A DNA stretch of 64,000 nt from Octopus bimaculoides. Taxonomy: Eukaryota. Below the pieces are notes generated by a model. That model worked only from the letters and a program-made list of their open reading frames with translations, had not been told where the DNA came from and searched no databases. The stretch is from positions 6,844,120 through 6,908,119 of the forward strand of contig NC_068997.1 of assembly GCF_001194135.2 (NCBI RefSeq), in the 5' to 3' direction. Shown here piece after piece: positions 63,801 through 64,000 of this stretch (positions are counted from its first letter, which is position 1; each line of letters opens with the position of its first letter). A program made the position numbers and the translations under genes.

Positions 63801-63801
63801 T
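16071..63801 (-). CDS. RASA1: Ras GTPase-activating protein 1 (p120 RasGAP), spliced gene of 24 inferred coding exons
   Basis: Exons join with consistent phases and give SH2 (WYHG...YLVRES), SH3, SH2 (FLVRPS), PH, C2 and RasGAP (LFRATSLA arginine finger, FLRLLCPAILNP, AKSLQNLAN), collinear with vertebrate RASA1. Confidence 0.97.
16916..17038 (-). CDS. RASA1: RASA1 exon 23
   Basis: NVPECPKTNQETPGDLARDMATIHTLCASHVAEIKLASETK. Confidence 0.93.
17467..17719 (-). mobile_element. Family A copy followed by a poly(A) run 17720-17749
   Basis: Near-identical to 20598-20860 and 38778-38940. Confidence 0.85.
17860..18257 (+). mobile_element. tRNA-derived SINE with CORE-like segment, joined to a family A tail
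   Basis: A box tggctcagtagtt, B box gagttcaattccc, and ttgaacaagacacttt resembling the CORE/MIR gcaagtcactt motif. Octopus OR1/OR2 are known CORE-SINEs; exact family unverified. Confidence 0.7.
18392..18469 (-). CDS. RASA1: RASA1 exon 22 (GAP)
   Basis: EPYMKVVNPFIKMNKERMITFLDTLS. Confidence 0.96.
18682..18770 (-). CDS. RASA1: RASA1 exon 21 (GAP)
   Basis: TPTEMAIRSLKLVAKSLQNLANLVEFGAK. Confidence 0.97.
19060..19757 (+). mobile_element. Decayed PHD-RTE LINE copy with family A tail
   Basis: CTKCKLWTQKRCSGITGRL..., REKLGKREIKCSMQERRLRWFGHVM, tail ending in (GAT)n. Confidence 0.85.
19787..19854 (-). CDS. RASA1: RASA1 exon 20 (GAP, FLR motif)
   Basis: GFIFLRLLCPAILNPKSFNLIS. Confidence 0.97.
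20598..20968 (-). mobile_element. Family A copy with an internal tandem duplication
   Basis: Two copies of gccaccc(a/g)cacaag(a)gccagtccaggggcactggcaacgatctc. Confidence 0.85.
21374..21531 (+). mobile_element. tRNA-related SINE (family C)
   Basis: gtggctgtgtgggtaagaag...gggttcagtcccactg...gatttggtagatggaaactgaaagaagccc. Related copy at 44620-44975. Confidence 0.7.
22244..22330 (-). CDS. RASA1: RASA1 exon 19 (GAP)
   Basis: MLRHICYCLQRSAKNKWPDDESVRTRVVS. Confidence 0.95.
22968..23235 (+). mobile_element. tRNA-derived CORE-like SINE
   Basis: gagttcaactccc B box and ccttgagcaagacactttatttcac. Inverted copy at about 53090-53377. Confidence 0.7.
23860..24075 (-). mobile_element. SINE family B copy
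   Basis: Similar to 36100-36295; (ATT)n tail on the minus strand. Confidence 0.7.
24111..24352 (-). mobile_element. Dong/R4-clade non-LTR retrotransposon 3' fragment
   Basis: VAVVPIIVRALGTVSKDLEKYMKQ...LQKTALLGIARILRKVLEK* (24347-24189); flanked by (TAA)n. Confidence 0.8.
24389..24526 (-). mobile_element. Second, different Dong/R4-like 3' fragment
   Basis: AEVQKIVLMGTAHILRKILSM* (24524-24459); (TAA)n on both sides. Confidence 0.7.
25479..25594 (-). CDS. RASA1: RASA1 exon 18 (GAP)
   Basis: LDPARMENCAELEGNVEHFLILLNGAVDDIFNSTEYCP. Confidence 0.92.
28956..29774 (+). mobile_element. Mariner transposon, 3' half, with pseudogenised transposase and right TIR
   Basis: WVPQAL, ITGDEKW, HDN and decayed YSSYLAP motifs; in-frame stops and a frameshift. 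TIR ccgcaggagcttagttgccacacccaa+TA at 29746-29774. The 5' half would lie in gap 28040-28955. Confidence 0.92.
30137..30390. repeat. Imperfect foldback (MITE-like) with arms of about 115 bp
   Basis: 30137-30251 aligns to the reverse complement of 30276-30390 with 15 mismatches and 2 indels (manual alignment). Confidence 0.9.
31625..32878 (+). mobile_element. Best-preserved RTE-clade LINE 3' fragment (RT C-terminus with PHD-like insert, C-terminal domain, 3' UTR)
   Basis: AKTKVLVS...EVVDSFRYLGDQ...RIRIAWANFRK...YSSETWAM...RWMCNVS. The 3' UTR continues into the family A tail and ends at a gap. Confidence 0.92.
34172..34314 (-). CDS. RASA1: RASA1 exon 17 (GAP, arginine finger)
   Basis: EVSTLFRATSLATTLMDQYMK...IESKQSCE. 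Confidence 0.97.
35170..35521 (+). mobile_element. Family A copy carrying 5-6 tandem units of about 26 bp
   Basis: Repeats of ccatgctggtgccacataaaaagcac-like units, then the family A core and (GAT)n tail. Confidence 0.8.
35549..35705 (-). CDS. RASA1: RASA1 exon 16 (GAP domain)
   Basis: LILTNLDNVLMLAQVC...FRHENQES...NNMEIKKE. Confidence 0.92.
35781..35984. mobile_element. piggyBac-like MITE remnant
   Basis: Begins TTAA-tcctttaagcatt and ends aatgctaatggg-TTAA (degenerate TIRs with TTAA ends). Confidence 0.5.
36419..36750. repeat. Purine-rich minisatellite (gaagactgaaaaggaaagcaaaggaagacataggta plus gacataggtagaa(g)taggta units)
   Basis: Direct reading; contains a small N gap at 36536. Confidence 0.95.
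36925..37097 (-). CDS. RASA1: RASA1 exon 15 (C2 end)
   Basis: QTTIDLNDLKSGEFIDEWYSL...GSLRIKSRYLHEVIMPPGEYTTLKE. Confidence 0.95.
37771..37847 (-). CDS. RASA1: RASA1 exon 14 (C2)
   Basis: DIPSDVESFTISIVNQGRRSKDVEV. Confidence 0.92.
38200..39200 (-). mobile_element. Old PHD-RTE LINE copy interrupted by a family A insertion (38778-38940)
   Basis: SGKWPCLVYRKSIGRNSIDCTQCNRWLH near 39090-39185; decayed WLLNVEDVQGLERN near 38520-38580. Confidence 0.65.
39388..39626 (-). CDS. RASA1: RASA1 exon 13 (PH end, C2 start)
   Basis: HWIQSLKPYC...HPYCVVYLNNVQVCRT...NPYWGEDFIL. Confidence 0.95.
40046..40130 (-). CDS. RASA1: RASA1 exon 12 (PH)
   Basis: PNCFQLIINAYNHMSVNYLCADSTDKAQ. Confidence 0.93.
41167..41240 (-). 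CDS. RASA1: RASA1 exon 11 (PH)
   Basis: RSKPKGMIDLAFSSIYPVHDSFFGR; donor GTGAGT. Confidence 0.95.
41869..41951 (-). CDS. RASA1: RASA1 exon 10 (PH)
   Basis: QKTKKWKNMYFILNGTERQLRYFENER. Confidence 0.92.
42108..42246 (-). CDS. RASA1: RASA1 exon 9 (SH2-PH linker, PH start)
   Basis: DVLNGSG...KELYASLKR...ITGYLKK; gcAG / c|GTAAGT boundaries. Confidence 0.88.
42947..43419. other. Assembly gap probably hiding RASA1 exon 8
   Basis: Exon 7 ends in phase 2 and exon 9 starts in phase 0. The C-SH2 alphaB/EG region is not found in the readable intron. Confidence 0.75.
43625..43876 (-). mobile_element. tRNA-derived SINE head followed by a Penelope-like segment
   Basis: Minus strand: A box tggcatagtgg, B box gagttcaattcc, (AAT)n, then ctgatgaaggctgg...cagccaaaatg. 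Confidence 0.65.
44009..44153 (-). CDS. RASA1: RASA1 exon 7 (C-SH2 core)
   Basis: GNGSFLVRPSEHYPGDYSLFF...GGRYFD. Confidence 0.95.
45002..45077 (-). CDS. RASA1: RASA1 exon 6 (C-SH2 start)
   Basis: TDDVLSSMCFHENLSKEDAVEKLRQ; tttttag / g|GTAAGG boundaries; phase 1 matches exon 7. Confidence 0.85.
45154..45346 (-). mobile_element. Family A copy
   Basis: Shared tail and core. Further copies at 51792-51975, 54823-55035 (minus) and 60510-60648 (plus). Confidence 0.8.
45991..46055 (-). CDS. RASA1: RASA1 exon 5 (SH3), 3' part lost in gap 45589-45990
   Basis: FEKGEIFIVRDVLDETYWVTS then Ns; acceptor ttcAG. Confidence 0.9.
47821..47907. repeat. 30-bp tandem repeat, about 2.9 copies (cctcatataagcagtggcactttgcttaac)
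   Basis: Direct reading; no spacers. Confidence 0.95.
48180..48250 (-). CDS. RASA1: RASA1 exon 4 (SH3 start)
   Basis: PVDDCRKVIAILPFSGMPDTDELS; cag / GTAAGT boundaries. Confidence 0.95.
48686..48821 (-). CDS. RASA1: RASA1 exon 3 (N-SH2 end; GC donor)
   Basis: ISYLCGDYYIGGRQFDSL...PVAPPE; donor AG|GCAAGT. Confidence 0.93.
48930..49079 (-). CDS. RASA1: RASA1 exon 2 (N-SH2)
   Basis: WYHGSLDRRTAEERLRKAGLVGSYLVRESQSKPGSYVLSYFGKTGLNHFR; AG/GTAAG boundaries. Confidence 0.95.
55240..55910 (+). mobile_element. Decayed PHD-RTE LINE copy
   Basis: SIQCTQCKLWTH...LGDHISSGGGCSESIVSRIR...QERRLHWYGHMM...RGRPRK. Confidence 0.85.
58730..59095 (+). mobile_element. PHD-RTE LINE fragment retaining all eight zinc ligands
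   Basis: PSGRWPCSICRKGVGRN..CTQCKLWTHKRCSNIKGR...FVCGRCSG...EKLEVVESFCYL...RIRIAWAKFRELLPLL (one small frameshift). Confidence 0.88.
63665..63801 (-). CDS. RASA1: RASA1 exon 1 (MAELKHTVDN...APSEE)
   Basis: ATG in gagaATGg context, donor ga|GTAAGT. Phase 2 joins exon 2 to give EEE-WYHG; DEFDPF and APSEEEW resemble the invertebrate p120GAP N-terminus as I recall it. Confidence 0.8.
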
Positions 63802-64000
63802 TCTCCCTCATGGCACAAGTCCGCACCTACGACAAGTGTAAATTCTGACTGGCTGATTTCTCGTCCAATCATATCGCTCCAACCACTACCATCTCAGTTG
63901 TTGCTTTCACTCACACGTTTCATTACATAGTTTCGAATCTGCATCTAGTGTCGCTGCTATCAACACTGTCAGAGTAACGAAGAGAGGAAACGAACGAGTC
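63802..64000 (-). promoter_or_regulatory. RASA1 5' UTR / proximal promoter region
   Basis: CpG-rich relative to the gene body; CCAAT at 63865-63869. Transcription start not determinable. Confidence 0.4.

Overview
Eukaryotic, AT- and microsatellite-rich genomic DNA with many N gaps. The repeat families suggest a cephalopod, probably Octopus (inference). Two convergent genes are present. (1) On +, the 3' part of a NACHT/STAND-NTPase + WD40 gene (NWD1/NWD2-like): exons 439-635, a 3,894-nt exon 1995-5888, and a last coding exon 7078-7308. (2) On -, a nearly complete p120 RasGAP (RASA1) gene, ATG 63801 to stop 16071 (SH2-SH3-SH2-PH-C2-RasGAP). I reconstructed 23 exons by hand: one is truncated by a gap, and one further exon must be missing, most likely in gap 42947-43419. 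Introns and intergenic DNA hold RTE-clade LINE remnants, many short copies of that LINE's 3' tail, tRNA-derived SINEs, two Dong/R4-like fragments, a decayed mariner, a Helitron fragment and MITE-like foldbacks. Most unusual: a PHD-type C4HC3 zinc finger inserted within the LINE reverse transcriptase (five decayed copies), several dsRNA-forming structures in the RASA1 pre-mRNA, a GC-AG intron, an overlapping uORF, a minisatellite of decoy splice acceptors and a decayed hammerhead-like motif. No prokaryotic-type system (CRISPR etc.) is present. All alignments and counts were done by eye; no database searches were run.
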